From an uncultured archaeon (GTDB lineage Archaea; Thermoproteota; Nitrososphaeria; JACIWG01), in NCBI GenBank assembly GCA_938034445.1, contig CALHLD010000004.1, forward strand, positions 64,067 through 128,066: a stretch of DNA of 64,000 bases. Direction: 5' to 3'. The notes below the pieces were generated by a model, which did no database searches, was not told the origin of the DNA, and saw nothing but the letters and a program-made list of their open reading frames with translations. A program made the translations under genes and the position numbers. This document shows, one piece after another, positions 19,921 to 29,548 of the stretch (the stretch's first letter is position 1; the number at the start of each line of letters is the position of its first letter).

Positions 19921-20927
19921 CCTTGAACCTTTTTTAACCAGAAAATCAGTTTTCTTGCACCCTCTATATTTTTTTTCAATGTGTATGGATTTATTTCATG
20001 TAAGATTGAGCTTTTTAAGCTATGGGTTTCCCCTATAAACTGTCTTCTATTTTCTAATTCTTCAATTATTCTCGGCTTATATTGTGGAACATTTTCCACT
20101 GAACAGATTGTCTGGTAAAGTTCAGAGACTGTTTCAATAAACCATGCTGTTGCTATAATATGTGCATTTAATTGCAGATGTTCGTTTGTTGCATACTCAC
20201 ACTTTCTATTTATTTCTTCAACCTTAGAATTTGATAAAAGAAATAAAATTTTGTAATCTTCTGTGGGTGATAGCTTAGGAAACTTGTATATTTCAGAAAA
20301 TTTTTGTAGGACGTATAATGTTGATAATATTCTTTTATAGGAGGTTTGTGTAGCAAACTCTAACCCCAAAAAGTTAGATATTCCTATAAAGTATGCTGGT
20401 TCACGCAATAATGGGTTCTCTTTTATCTGTTGCATGAGGTGTGAGGGTGAAGTTTCTGTCTTGTTTAACATATTTAATGCTTTAACTGCCTCATATCCTA
20501 TGTTTATTAACCAATAGGCTGTTGATGCATACGCTTCATGCTCATATGCTTCTTCACAGTATGCCAAGTACTTTAATAATGTCATCATATTCTCATTATA
20601 GCATTCTCGAAAAATTTCTCCTGTCTTCTTTAACGCTTCTTCCCTAAACTGTGTGAGTAGTAGGTTGGGATCATTTAATATTTTCCCTGAAACAAGTTTC
20701 TGCCATATAATACATTTTTTTCTATCTTCAAGCAAATCATATGAGGTATAGTATATGTTAATTATGTCTTCTCCAATTTTCCTTGAACTATAACCTGTAA
20801 TATTGTTTGTGAAGACCATTAAATCGTATCCGCATACTGGCCAATGCCATTTAGAACTTCTACATCCGATTAAGAGTACTGGTTCCCCTCTAAACTTTTC
20901 TAAAACATATTTTTCTATTTCTTCCAC
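19917..20927 (-). CDS. hypothetical protein: an N-terminal possible minimal nucleotidyltransferase-like segment and an alpha-helical C-terminal domain
   Basis: 336 aa. LLIGCRSS...CGYDLMVF loosely resembles a GS...D.D NTase motif. The C-terminal two thirds are helical with no known motif. Confidence 0.35.
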   Translation of the reverse strand: MEEIEKYVLEKFRGEPVLLIGCRSSKWHWPVCGYDLMVFTNNITGYSSRKIGEDIINIYYTSYDLLEDRKKCIIWQKLVSGKILNDPNLLLTQFREEALKKTGEIFRECYNENMMTLLKYLAYCEEAYEHEAYASTAYWLINIGYEAVKALNMLNKTETSPSHLMQQIKENPLLREPAYFIGISNFLGLEFATQTSYKRILSTLYVLQKFSEIYKFPKLSPTEDYKILFLLSNSKVEEINRKCEYATNEHLQLNAHIIATAWFIETVSELYQTICSVENVPQYKPRIIEELENRRQFIGETHSLKSSILHEINPYTLKKNIEGARKLIFWLKKVQG

Positions 20928-20984
20928 AGTCGGACTATTGTTTGCTTGTACATAAATTTTTTATACAAGTACAAAAATTAAGAA

Positions 20985-20996
20985 AAGTTTATATAC
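20985..20996 (+). promoter_or_regulatory. TATA-box-like element (AAGTTTATATAC) upstream of tfb. A GGTGA Shine-Dalgarno-like motif lies 7 nt before the TTG start.
   Basis: Seen in sequence. The spacing of about 45 nt to the start fits a short leadered transcript with an SD. Confidence 0.3.
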
Positions 20997-21038
20997 CAAA
21001 TATTTTAACGTATTGGTGTACTGTTCTGGTGAAAAATT

Positions 21039-21992
21039 TTGGAAAAAGATAATTCTTCTGAAGTAGGCTACACCTACTTATCAGAAAAGTGTCCAAGGTG
21101 TGGGAGGACGAAGCTTATCCTAGATAGTGCAAGAGGTGAAATATTCTGCAGCCATTGCGGGTTTGTAATAAGAGAGAAGCTTGAGGAAGCCGGTCCAGAA
21201 TGGCGTGCCTTTTCTAAAGAAGAGAAAGAGGCTAGAAGTAGGGCTGGTGTTCCATCTTCGCTTGCAATGCATGACATGGGCCTATCTACAATAATTGGTC
21301 AAGTTGATAAAGATGCTTCCGGAAAAAGCATTTCGTCTGCAATGAAAACTACATTTGATAGGTTAAGAACTTGGGATGGTAGAAGCCAAGTTCATGAGCC
21401 TGTAGACAGAAACCTTAGACAAGCTTTCAGTGAACTGGATAGGTTAGCTGACAAGCTAAGTGTAGGTGATGCGATAATCGAGAGGGCTGCATACATTTAT
21501 AGACAGGCTCTGGAAAAGGGTCTGGTTAGAGGACGTTCTATTTCAGCATTGATTGCAGCATCCTTGTATGCGGCGTGCCGTGAAACAGAAACTCCAAGAA
21601 CTTTGAAGGATGTTAGTGCCGCAAGTAATATTAAAAAGAAGGATATTGCAAGATGCTACCGTCTACTTGTTAGGGAATTAGATAAGAAGATGCCTGTAGC
21701 AGATCCGCTTAAGGCTGTATCACGTATAGCGAGTGCCGCCGGTCTCTCTGAAAAGACTAAAAGAAGGGCTATAGATATAATAAATAGAACTAAACAGTCT
21801 CTATCTTCCGCGGGGAAGGATCCGATGGGCTTAGCTGCCGCCGCATTATATGTTGCCTGTGTTCTTGAAGGTGAAAACAAGACTCAGAAGGATGTTGCTG
21901 AAGCGGCTGGTGTTACTGAAGTCACGATAAGAAATAGGTACAAGGGACTACGTTCTATCCTAACACCTGAAGAACTGAGGGTTGTGGAATAG
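21039..21992 (+). CDS. tfb: transcription initiation factor IIB (TFB)
   Basis: N-terminal Zn ribbon CPRCG...CSHCG, a B-reader/linker and two cyclin-fold repeats, 317 aa. TTG start. Confidence 0.95.
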   Translation: MEKDNSSEVGYTYLSEKCPRCGRTKLILDSARGEIFCSHCGFVIREKLEEAGPEWRAFSKEEKEARSRAGVPSSLAMHDMGLSTIIGQVDKDASGKSISSAMKTTFDRLRTWDGRSQVHEPVDRNLRQAFSELDRLADKLSVGDAIIERAAYIYRQALEKGLVRGRSISALIAASLYAACRETETPRTLKDVSAASNIKKKDIARCYRLLVRELDKKMPVADPLKAVSRIASAAGLSEKTKRRAIDIINRTKQSLSSAGKDPMGLAAAALYVACVLEGENKTQKDVAEAAGVTEVTIRNRYKGLRSILTPEELRVVE

Positions 21993-22012
21993 GTAAAACC
22001 TATTTCCTTCTC

Positions 22013-22516
22013 TTATATTTTAGAATTTTTTAACATACTTCTATAATTGGGTAATATTTTTCTTATATAGGGTAAAGCTTCCTTTATCTCCTCATCGCTC
22101 ATGAACTGGAACTGGTATTCTCCGGAATAGGGTTCAGGTTCACCGATTCTTTGAACAAACTCTATGTGCATGAATGGGTCGTCAGCCTTTATTGTTATTG
22201 GTGTTCTTTCATTTGAAAGGTTTACAACTTCTAATGCTAATCTTCCAATAAATCCACTATGAACTTTTGCTGCATTTAGAAAAGATAGTCCTAGTCTTCC
22301 AAATCTACTTTTTGCAGTTAAGTGTGCTACAACATTTGTTGGCAGCATAACTATTTCCTTTGATATTAGATTTTTATGTTCTAAATAATTTAAGACAACA
22401 TCTTCTTTGACGGTCAAAATGTAGCCGTCGCCATCTAATAGTTTTTCGTCAAATGGATATATTATTCTATACTCTTTTTGAAGCTTTAACAGTTCACTTT
22501 TTCCTAATATTGCCAT
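22013..22516 (-). CDS. dcd: dCTP deaminase (dUTPase superfamily)
   Basis: KSRFGRLGLSF and VHSGFIGRLALEV motifs of the dcd/dut beta-barrel family, 167 aa. Confidence 0.8.
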   Translation of the reverse strand: MAILGKSELLKLQKEYRIIYPFDEKLLDGDGYILTVKEDVVLNYLEHKNLISKEIVMLPTNVVAHLTAKSRFGRLGLSFLNAAKVHSGFIGRLALEVVNLSNERTPITIKADDPFMHIEFVQRIGEPEPYSGEYQFQFMSDEEIKEALPYIRKILPNYRSMLKNSKI

Positions 22517-22560
22517 ATTTTATCTCCATAAAGGAAAAAAAATTTAGAATATAAACCCTT

Positions 22561-23541
22561 TCATTCACCCTCTCTCTTTTTAAAAAATAGGTATTTTATG
22601 AAAATTTTTGTTATTAAAATTATTCCGAGGGCGATAATAATTGTATCAACTATATTAGAGAGCCCAATATAATATATGTTTTCTTCAAAAATGTATATTG
22701 TGTTGCTGTAGTAGTTGAAGGCCCAGTGAACTAATATTGCTACGCCAATGTTATAGTAAGTGTAGGCTACACCCAACATTATGCCTGCGAACGCTGCCTC
22801 AGTAGCCTTGCCTATATTCCAAACAGACGATGGCATTATATGCGCTAGACCGAAGATTATTCCTGAAATAAAAATTAGTGGTAAAAATATTGTTTGCATA
22901 ATCCTTCTCTTTTCTTCTGAATTTTCTATCTTTTTATCTAGAGTTGGTATTGGAGCTATTAAATATTCAGTTAACGATATTCTTTTCCTCCAAACTTTCA
23001 ACAAAAATAGTGAAAATAAACCTATTATAGAAAATCTGAATCCAATTTCTTCAGATAATGGTGCATGTGATATTATGCATAAAAGTTCTGCTGGATTCAT
23101 TGGAGGAAGGTTTCCAGTTTCTATTCCAACACTATATTGAAGCCAATCTATTACAATTACAACAATGACTGTGATCGAGAATATTGAGATTGATGCGGTT
23201 AAATTGTTGGATAGAGGTTCCATGCTAGAAAACTTGTTTTTAAAAATATTTTGTAAAGGTTTTTTTCCAGAAACTGCAAGTAGTGTAAAAATTGAAAGGT
23301 ATGTGATCCATTCTAAAATAAATAATGTTCTCATTTGTGCTTTAAAGGGAAATACTAGGCCTATAAAAAATATGTAAAATTCTGAAACTTTATTCGATAT
23401 TTCTTCTCCTAAACTACTATTGAATACAATATAAGGTCCAAGCACAAATGATGCTATCATAGTAATTATGGTAAGTAGTATAAATGTGTTTGCAATCATA
23501 TCTAGTATATTCAGTATCTTGTTACCCTTGTCATTCTTCAT
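22561..23541 (-). CDS. CPBP-family intramembrane metalloprotease (CAAX protease/Abi-like) with an extended N-terminal TM region
   Basis: EEIGFR (EExxxR), FGLAHI (FxxxH) and HWAFN (HxxxN) motifs. Confidence 0.75.
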   Translation of the reverse strand: MKNDKGNKILNILDMIANTFILLTIITMIASFVLGPYIVFNSSLGEEISNKVSEFYIFFIGLVFPFKAQMRTLFILEWITYLSIFTLLAVSGKKPLQNIFKNKFSSMEPLSNNLTASISIFSITVIVVIVIDWLQYSVGIETGNLPPMNPAELLCIISHAPLSEEIGFRFSIIGLFSLFLLKVWRKRISLTEYLIAPIPTLDKKIENSEEKRRIMQTIFLPLIFISGIIFGLAHIMPSSVWNIGKATEAAFAGIMLGVAYTYYNIGVAILVHWAFNYYSNTIYIFEENIYYIGLSNIVDTIIIALGIILITKIFIKYLFFKKREGE

Positions 23542-23585
23542 TAACGTTAGTTAATTTCAGGTGTATAAAAAATTTTAGAATATTT

Positions 23586-23771
23586 TTACTGTTCTTTTTC
23601 TAATCCAATTGGCCCCCTATACCCGCATACTGGGCACTCGTATTCTTCTGGAACAAGCCAGCCATATATTCCTTTCACAAGATTTAGTTCGCTTAAGCAT
23701 ACTGGACAATATTTTATCTTCTTCTTGAGAGGCTTACGGGTTACTTTTGCTCCAGAACTCATAATTATCAC
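23586..23771 (-). CDS. small Zn-ribbon protein
   Basis: CPVC-x18-CPVC in a 61-aa ORF, 2 nt downstream of and co-directional with the SUI1 gene. Confidence 0.4.
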   Translation of the reverse strand: MIIMSSGAKVTRKPLKKKIKYCPVCLSELNLVKGIYGWLVPEEYECPVCGYRGPIGLEKEQ

Positions 23772-23773
23772 TC

Positions 23774-24082
23774 TTATTGTATTTCAATCGAACTTTCTTT
23801 AAACCCTAGACTGATGAGCTTATCCTTTATAGAATCCCTATGATCTCCTTGTAATATGATGGCTCCATTTTTTGCAGTTCCACCACATGCTAAAGCTGTC
23901 TTAAGCTGCTGTGCTATCTTCTGTAGGTCATTATATTTTGGGTCTATTCCCTCTATAACTGTAGTCTGTTTGCCAAATCTTCTAACTTCTAATCTAACAG
24001 TTATCTTAGAACTTTCTTTACTTATCTGTTCGCAGACGCATAGGTCCTTTGGTAATCCACATACAGGGCAGATTTCCGCCAA
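23774..24082 (-). CDS. translation initiation factor aIF1 (SUI1 family)
   Basis: [16 protein letters not shown]-terminus and the SUI1 core [21 protein letters not shown]...LACGGT, 102 aa. Confidence 0.85.
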   Translation of the reverse strand: MAEICPVCGLPKDLCVCEQISKESSKITVRLEVRRFGKQTTVIEGIDPKYNDLQKIAQQLKTALACGGTAKNGAIILQGDHRDSIKDKLISLGFKESSIEIQ

Positions 24083-24263
24083 AATTTTCCTCTACCATAA
24101 TATTTGTACAGTTGATATTTAAATTTTTGAATTTTTAAAGTTATTTGTATTTAAAAATTTTTGTTCCAATTTGTTTAGCATAGTTTTCTATGGCAAAAAA
24201 TTTTTGTATTATGACTTAACTTTTATAAACAAATTATATATTAAGGTCTTTATTTAATACAAT

Positions 24264-24884
24264 GTGTTAAGTGTAATGCAGTTTCCAGAAGTGTTGGGGT
24301 TGCTTAAAATGGGTTTAGAAGTTTTAGCCTTAGTTATAACTTTCATTGCATTTCTAATATCTTATAAGGGCTATTCTGTGACAAGGAGGCCTGTTTTCGC
24401 AAGGTTATCTTTTGCATTCATTTTTCTTTCAACTAATTTTTTGCTACAATTTTTTTCAGACATTTTTAGTCTGCTAGAATATTTTGCTTTATCATATTAT
24501 TCTATTGTTATTTCATCATTTTTTGAAATGTTAGGGTTTTTCTTTATCGCCTTTTCTCATATGATAAGAGTTTATCATGAGCATAGGTTTTCTTTACTTA
24601 CGCTTGTGACAATAAATCCTGTTATCGCATTTAAAACATTATCATTATATTTTATATTCTACGCTGTACTTGAGTCTATGATTTCATACTTTAAAATGAG
24701 GTCTAAGACTATAATACTTACTGTTTTAGGTTTAACAGGTTTCTCGTTAAACATACTTTTGTCATGGATTTCAGAATTTTCAGTTTATCCGATTATTTTA
24801 CAGGTTTTTGCGCTAGTTTTCCAAGCGTTTGGTATAATAGCATTTTTTGTTCCGATATGGATATATTACAGGAGTTTTAGGTGA
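24264..24884 (+). CDS. hypothetical polytopic membrane protein
   Basis: 206 aa with about 6 TM helices and no motif. It is followed 3 nt later by a small wHTH gene. Confidence 0.4.
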   Translation: MLSVMQFPEVLGLLKMGLEVLALVITFIAFLISYKGYSVTRRPVFARLSFAFIFLSTNFLLQFFSDIFSLLEYFALSYYSIVISSFFEMLGFFFIAFSHMIRVYHEHRFSLLTLVTINPVIAFKTLSLYFIFYAVLESMISYFKMRSKTIILTVLGLTGFSLNILLSWISEFSVYPIILQVFALVFQAFGIIAFFVPIWIYYRSFR

Positions 24885-24887
24885 TAT

Positions 24888-25169
24888 ATGATGAGCTACC
24901 GCCATCAAGTTAGAATTGTTTCCGATATTCTCCTCGCAGTAAAGGAGGGGCATGAAGATGGCGTTGGTGTAGCTCAACTTATGAGGAAAGCGAATATCTC
25001 GTACACTAGGCTTATTAAAATTTTGAATGAATTAATATCTGTTGGCCTGGTTGAGGAAATAAGGGACGAGCGTTCTAGAAGGTATAGGATAACGTACCTG
25101 GGTCTCGAATATCTTGCTGAATATGAACGTTTTTCAACTTTTGCAAGAAACTTTGGTCTAGAAATTTAG
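24888..25169 (+). CDS. small winged-helix DNA-binding protein
   Basis: 93 aa with an HTH-like segment VAQLMRKANISYTRLIKILNELISVGLV. Confidence 0.45.
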   Translation: MMSYRHQVRIVSDILLAVKEGHEDGVGVAQLMRKANISYTRLIKILNELISVGLVEEIRDERSRRYRITYLGLEYLAEYERFSTFARNFGLEI

Positions 25170-25172
25170 ATG

Positions 25173-26153
25173 CTACATTATTGTCACTAGAACAACACAT
25201 TTAGCCTTTTTAACAATCTCATACTCCTTTTGTCTCAAAAGATTCCCTCTCTTTGGTCTTTTTGTGGAAATTAAAAGTATGTCCACATTATTTTCTTTCA
25301 AATAATTTATTATATCATTGGATTCCCTTATTGTAATTATTGTTGGCGTTATCGGTCTACCAAGTAATTTTATATACTTGCCTACATTTTTATAAAACTC
25401 TCTTCTCCATACCATAAACTCATCTGATGATTCAATTTCGTCTAGTGGTACTGTAGGCGGTAATTCTATGACACCAACTGCTCTTATTTCAGCACTCTTT
25501 GTTGAAGCTGAGCTTGTCAAAAGTGTTGCGAGTGCCATTAACTCTTTAGGGAATTCTTTTTCGAAGGATATTGTAAAAATTTTCTTTAATTTCAGAGGTA
25601 ACCTTATTCCTTCCTGTGGAACTTCTACAATTATAACCTTGCGTCTAGTCTCTCTAACTACTTTATCAGATATTCTTCCAAAAAATTCAGTATAAAATTT
25701 TTCTCTATGAGCTGGCATTATTATGTATGAAAAGTTTTCTATTTCAGCCATCTTTACTATTTCTTCTGAAACAGCCTTATGCGAAAATTTTATAAGAGTC
25801 TTCTCAACAATTTCATATTTTATTTTAAATTCTTCTGCTATCTTCTTAATATCATTTATAAAATCTGTTTTATCCTCTTCGTCTGGAGGTTTAACATGTA
25901 AAATTGTCACCTTGCTTCCACTGCATTCTGAAATATAAAAGGCAATGTATACTGCGTTGATTTCGTAAGAAGTATATGATAGGGGTAATAATATCTTATC
26001 TACTTGGAAACTTAATTCCTCACCCACTATTTTTTCACCTTCTTTACATGGGTTATAGTCAAATATATTATCGCGCCAATAGTAAACCATGCGAAACCTA
26101 AAAGTCTTCCATGCTCGTGTGTGAGCACGATCATGATCCAAATGATTAGACAT
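25173..26153 (-). CDS. tandem universal stress protein (UspA) domain protein
   Basis: Two Usp-like repeats, the second ending ...GRISDKVVRETRRKVIIV. The annotated start overlaps the adjacent permease fragment, so the true start is probably downstream. Confidence 0.55.
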   Translation of the reverse strand: MSNHLDHDRAHTRAWKTFRFRMVYYWRDNIFDYNPCKEGEKIVGEELSFQVDKILLPLSYTSYEINAVYIAFYISECSGSKVTILHVKPPDEEDKTDFINDIKKIAEEFKIKYEIVEKTLIKFSHKAVSEEIVKMAEIENFSYIIMPAHREKFYTEFFGRISDKVVRETRRKVIIVEVPQEGIRLPLKLKKIFTISFEKEFPKELMALATLLTSSASTKSAEIRAVGVIELPPTVPLDEIESSDEFMVWRREFYKNVGKYIKLLGRPITPTIITIRESNDIINYLKENNVDILLISTKRPKRGNLLRQKEYEIVKKAKCVVLVTIM

Positions 26154-27448
26154 GATATAAATCCTATTACAGGGATTATTGGAATTTCCAACTTTTTCCC
26201 CCTCCAGTTAAAAGAAAATGCTCCAGGAGTCTTCCATCCGCTCACATTCTCCTTCCTTAGTACGATTAAAGCTAGGTTGACATACATGTAGGATATAAGT
26301 GCTCCAAAGTTATAGAGTGATGCTACAAGTTCTAGAAGGTTTACACTAGGAAGAAATATGTTAAATAAAATGATAAGGATTGCTATTATAGAGAAAACTA
26401 CTATTGTAACATATGGAGTTCGATAGGTTTTATGAAGTTTTCTAAAAATTTTCGGTGAAAGGTTGAGCCTACTCATGGAAAAGGTTACACGAGATACTCC
26501 AATGACTCCAGTGTTTGTTGAAACATAGCAGATCATGAATCCCATGAAACCAACCCATAACGCTAAACCTTCACCTATAAATGGTATTGTAGAAGCTAGG
26601 GCTACCATCGGATCCTGTACACGTGTTTCTACACTGCTAGGGTCAAGTAATGTTACATAAAGTAGTGAAGCTAAAAATGCGATTATAACAACTGAAATTA
26701 TCGTCGCCTTGGTTGCTGTTGGAATTATTTTACGTGGATTCTTTGTCTCCTCTGCAGCCTGTGAAATTGATTCTATACCAATATATGATGCCATACTTAA
26801 TGTTATGGCATAAGTGAAATTTTCCAAAGTTGGCATTTTTCCAAAATTTTTTAAACTATCTGTCCAAGAAAAAATTTTTCCTTAAGTGATTGCCAGATTA
26901 AGTCCGAGAATCACAATTGCAGCTATCGTTAGGAGGTCGATGAAAACAAAAATTTCATTAAACCTAGAAGAATACTTTATTCCAATAATATTTAATCCTA
27001 TCAATATTATTATTAAAAAGATTGCACATAATCCATAAAAGGGGTTAACCATTAAAACGCTTTTTCCAGCAAAAATTTTAACCAAAAAACCTAGGTATCC
27101 AACTGATGCAAGAGAAAAAAGCGCGATGTCCACAGTATAATCGAGCATAAGACCCCATCCTGCAATAAATCCATTTAACCTTCCAAACGCTCTATAGGCA
27201 TAATATTGTGCTCCACCCGCAACAGGATACTTTGAAGCCAACTCTGCATAACTTAACCCTGTTGTAATATACGCTATTGAAGCTATTAGGAGTGCAATTG
27301 GTGCCGCTGTATAAGCATATAATGCAATTAATCCAAGTGAAATGTAAATGTCCGCACCGATGTCAGCATATCCCATGCTAAAGGAACCAAATTTTCCAAC
27401 CTCACGTTTAAGTTCAGTTTCGTTTACCATAGGTTGTCCCCGTAACAT
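26027..27448 (-). pseudogene. APC-family amino acid permease interrupted by a single in-frame TAA (plus-strand 26882-26884). The N-terminal 188 aa and the C-terminal 269 aa are in the same frame.
   Basis: Seen in sequence. Minus-strand reading gives ...NLAIT-TAA-GKIFSWTDSLKNFGK-MPTLEN..., in the same frame. Together the two parts give about 12 TM with APC-like N-terminal motifs. Confidence 0.6.
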
Positions 27449-27518
27449 TCTTTAATTTATATGAGCACTGCCATCATAAAGTAAATTTAAAAAATTTTAA
27501 ATGGGTTTATATAATTCC

Positions 27519-27848
27519 TTATTCTTCTTGGTTCAATATCTCATTAATCTGTGTTGCAAGATAATGGTTTTTTAGAACCAATTTTATAGAATTTACTCCC
27601 TCGATTTCGGTAACAGCCTTTTTTATATCTTCTCCAATCTTTATGGCGAACATTGGGGGACAGAAGGGCATTGAAAGATGAAATTCTATCGTCACATTTC
27701 CGTCTTTAACATCTATCTTGTCAACAAGTTTCATTTCAGTTATTGGTACACCAATTTCTGGATCATACACATTTTCTAATGCTTTCTCAATTTTTTCTTT
27801 TATCATGTTCTCCATTCCAATATCTTTACTTGCAATAATATAAAACAA
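27519..27848 (-). CDS. DUF59 / MIP18-family Fe-S cluster assembly protein
   Basis: YDPEIGVPITEMKLV motif typical of the DUF59/SufT-like domain, about 100 aa. An internal Met (MENMIKEK) is a likely start. Confidence 0.65.
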   Translation of the reverse strand: MFYIIASKDIGMENMIKEKIEKALENVYDPEIGVPITEMKLVDKIDVKDGNVTIEFHLSMPFCPPMFAIKIGEDIKKAVTEIEGVNSIKLVLKNHYLATQINEILNQEE

Positions 27849-27877
27849 TTTATTATAGCAGAAGAAAAATAGTTATC

Positions 27878-28378
27878 TTATAAATTTGTTTCTAATGCTT
27901 TCTCCATCACAAAGGCATCTTCTCCATCACTATAATATCCTGTAATCCTGTCAACAATCTCGTAACCCATTTTCTTGTATAATTTTATTGCCGGCTCATT
28001 TGAAACTCTAACCTCCAAAAACGATACTTCACATCCTTTTTTTGTAAACTCTTCTAATGCCGTTTTTAGCAGCATTGTTCCTACACCTTTTCTTCTATGC
28101 TCTTTTAAAACGGCTATCGAAATAACATGCCCCTTTTTAACGAATTTCGGTAATCCTCTTAATGTTAAACCATACTCTATTCTACCCATGTGGTATCCGA
28201 TTATTCTTCCTCCATGTTCTGCGACAAGGAACGTGTCTGGATTCGATAATAGTATAGAAGTATAAAATGATGTGGTATAATGTTCGGGTAATGCTGCACT
28301 ATTTACGTGTATTACTCCACTTATGTCCTCCTCTTTAGCCTTTCTAATCAAGTAGCCTTGTGGTATCACGAGTACCAT
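27878..28378 (-). CDS. GNAT N-acetyltransferase (RimI / archaeal Nat-like)
   Basis: The acetyl-CoA-binding motif ISIAVLKEHRRKGVGTMLL, 166 aa. Confidence 0.8.
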   Translation of the reverse strand: MVLVIPQGYLIRKAKEEDISGVIHVNSAALPEHYTTSFYTSILLSNPDTFLVAEHGGRIIGYHMGRIEYGLTLRGLPKFVKKGHVISIAVLKEHRRKGVGTMLLKTALEEFTKKGCEVSFLEVRVSNEPAIKLYKKMGYEIVDRITGYYSDGEDAFVMEKALETNL

Positions 28379-28424
28379 GTCTTAGCCATAAATTAATTTG
28401 TAGATAAGTTTTAAATTTTGTCAA

Positions 28425-29537
28425 ATGATATGTGTTAAGATGGAAAAAGTGGAGTCCACAAACATAATAGGATATGAGGAGATTGTGAAAGAGGTTAGTC
28501 AGTATTTCTCTGTTATGGAATCATATATTCGTGCTGATGGTTCAATAGAATTTAAAATATTTCCTACAGAAGATGTTAAGGAAAGGTTTCTTGAACTTTG
28601 GTCTTCCCTTAAAAGAAAAAATTATGTTCCTATTCTTAGAAAAGATGAGCCATATCTAACATTGTATGTAACACACTTAATTGGAAGAAGAGGCTACAGT
28701 AAAAAGATTGCATTTATCTTGTTTGCTGCAACCATGTTATCTATGTTGATAGATGGTTGGGTCAGGTCCATTTCGCCGATAGAACAGGAGATTTTTAAAT
28801 GGAATCCAATAGTAATAACATTATTGTATGCTATAGCATTTATAGGAATATTAGGTTTACATGAATTGGGGCATCTTCTCCTTTCGAGAAAACATAAGAT
28901 GGCTTCAACCTTACCATACTTTATTCCCGGAATACCTGGAACTGGCGTACCCACGTTTGGTGCAATAATATTTGCAACCGAGCCTATGGCAAACAGAGAT
29001 CAACAGTTTGATATCGGTCTTGCAGGCCCTGTTTTCGGATTTGTTGCAGCATGTATTGTTAGTGTTTTTGGTGTATTATCTTCGGTTCCTATGTCGTTGA
29101 ACGAATTTAATATTCGTTTTGGTTCTCAGCCAGTAGTTTTTGTAGAAGTTCCATTAATAATGAATTTAATGATGTTAGCATTCGGCATCATTTCTCCTTC
29201 ACAGTCTATGGTTGTTATACTCTCGCCTATTGCGTATGCTGCATGGTTTGGTTTTCTAATAACTTTCTTGAACACTCTTCCAGCATGGCAATTGGATGGT
29301 GGCCATATGGCTAGAAGTGTTTTGCCAGAAAAGTGGCATAGGGCTGCCACAATAGTATCTGCCCTTATTATGGCCTTACTGGGTTTTATCCTGATGGCCT
29401 TACTGGTACTATTCTTTTCTTATGGTCAAAGGGAAATTAAGCCTCTGGATGATGTTTCTCCGATTTCAAAATCAAGGAAAATGGTTTACATTCTAATATT
29501 AGCCATACTAATACTCTGCGCCCCCATCCCATTATAG
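28425..29537 (+). CDS. site-2 protease (M50 family) intramembrane metalloprotease
   Basis: HELGHLLL (HExxH) in a TM helix and NTLPAWQLDGGHM (LDG motif), 370 aa with multiple TM helices. Confidence 0.8.
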   Translation: MICVKMEKVESTNIIGYEEIVKEVSQYFSVMESYIRADGSIEFKIFPTEDVKERFLELWSSLKRKNYVPILRKDEPYLTLYVTHLIGRRGYSKKIAFILFAATMLSMLIDGWVRSISPIEQEIFKWNPIVITLLYAIAFIGILGLHELGHLLLSRKHKMASTLPYFIPGIPGTGVPTFGAIIFATEPMANRDQQFDIGLAGPVFGFVAACIVSVFGVLSSVPMSLNEFNIRFGSQPVVFVEVPLIMNLMMLAFGIISPSQSMVVILSPIAYAAWFGFLITFLNTLPAWQLDGGHMARSVLPEKWHRAATIVSALIMALLGFILMALLVLFFSYGQREIKPLDDVSPISKSRKMVYILILAILILCAPIPL

Positions 29538-29548
29538 TAAAAACTTTC

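Noticed and set aside
26879-26884. Stop-codon reassignment or selenocysteine/pyrrolysine-type recoding at the in-frame TAA of the permease
   Set aside because: TAA and TAG are used as ordinary terminators by many confident genes in the window, and there is no SECIS or PYLIS-like context. A simple nonsense mutation or sequencing error is more parsimonious.
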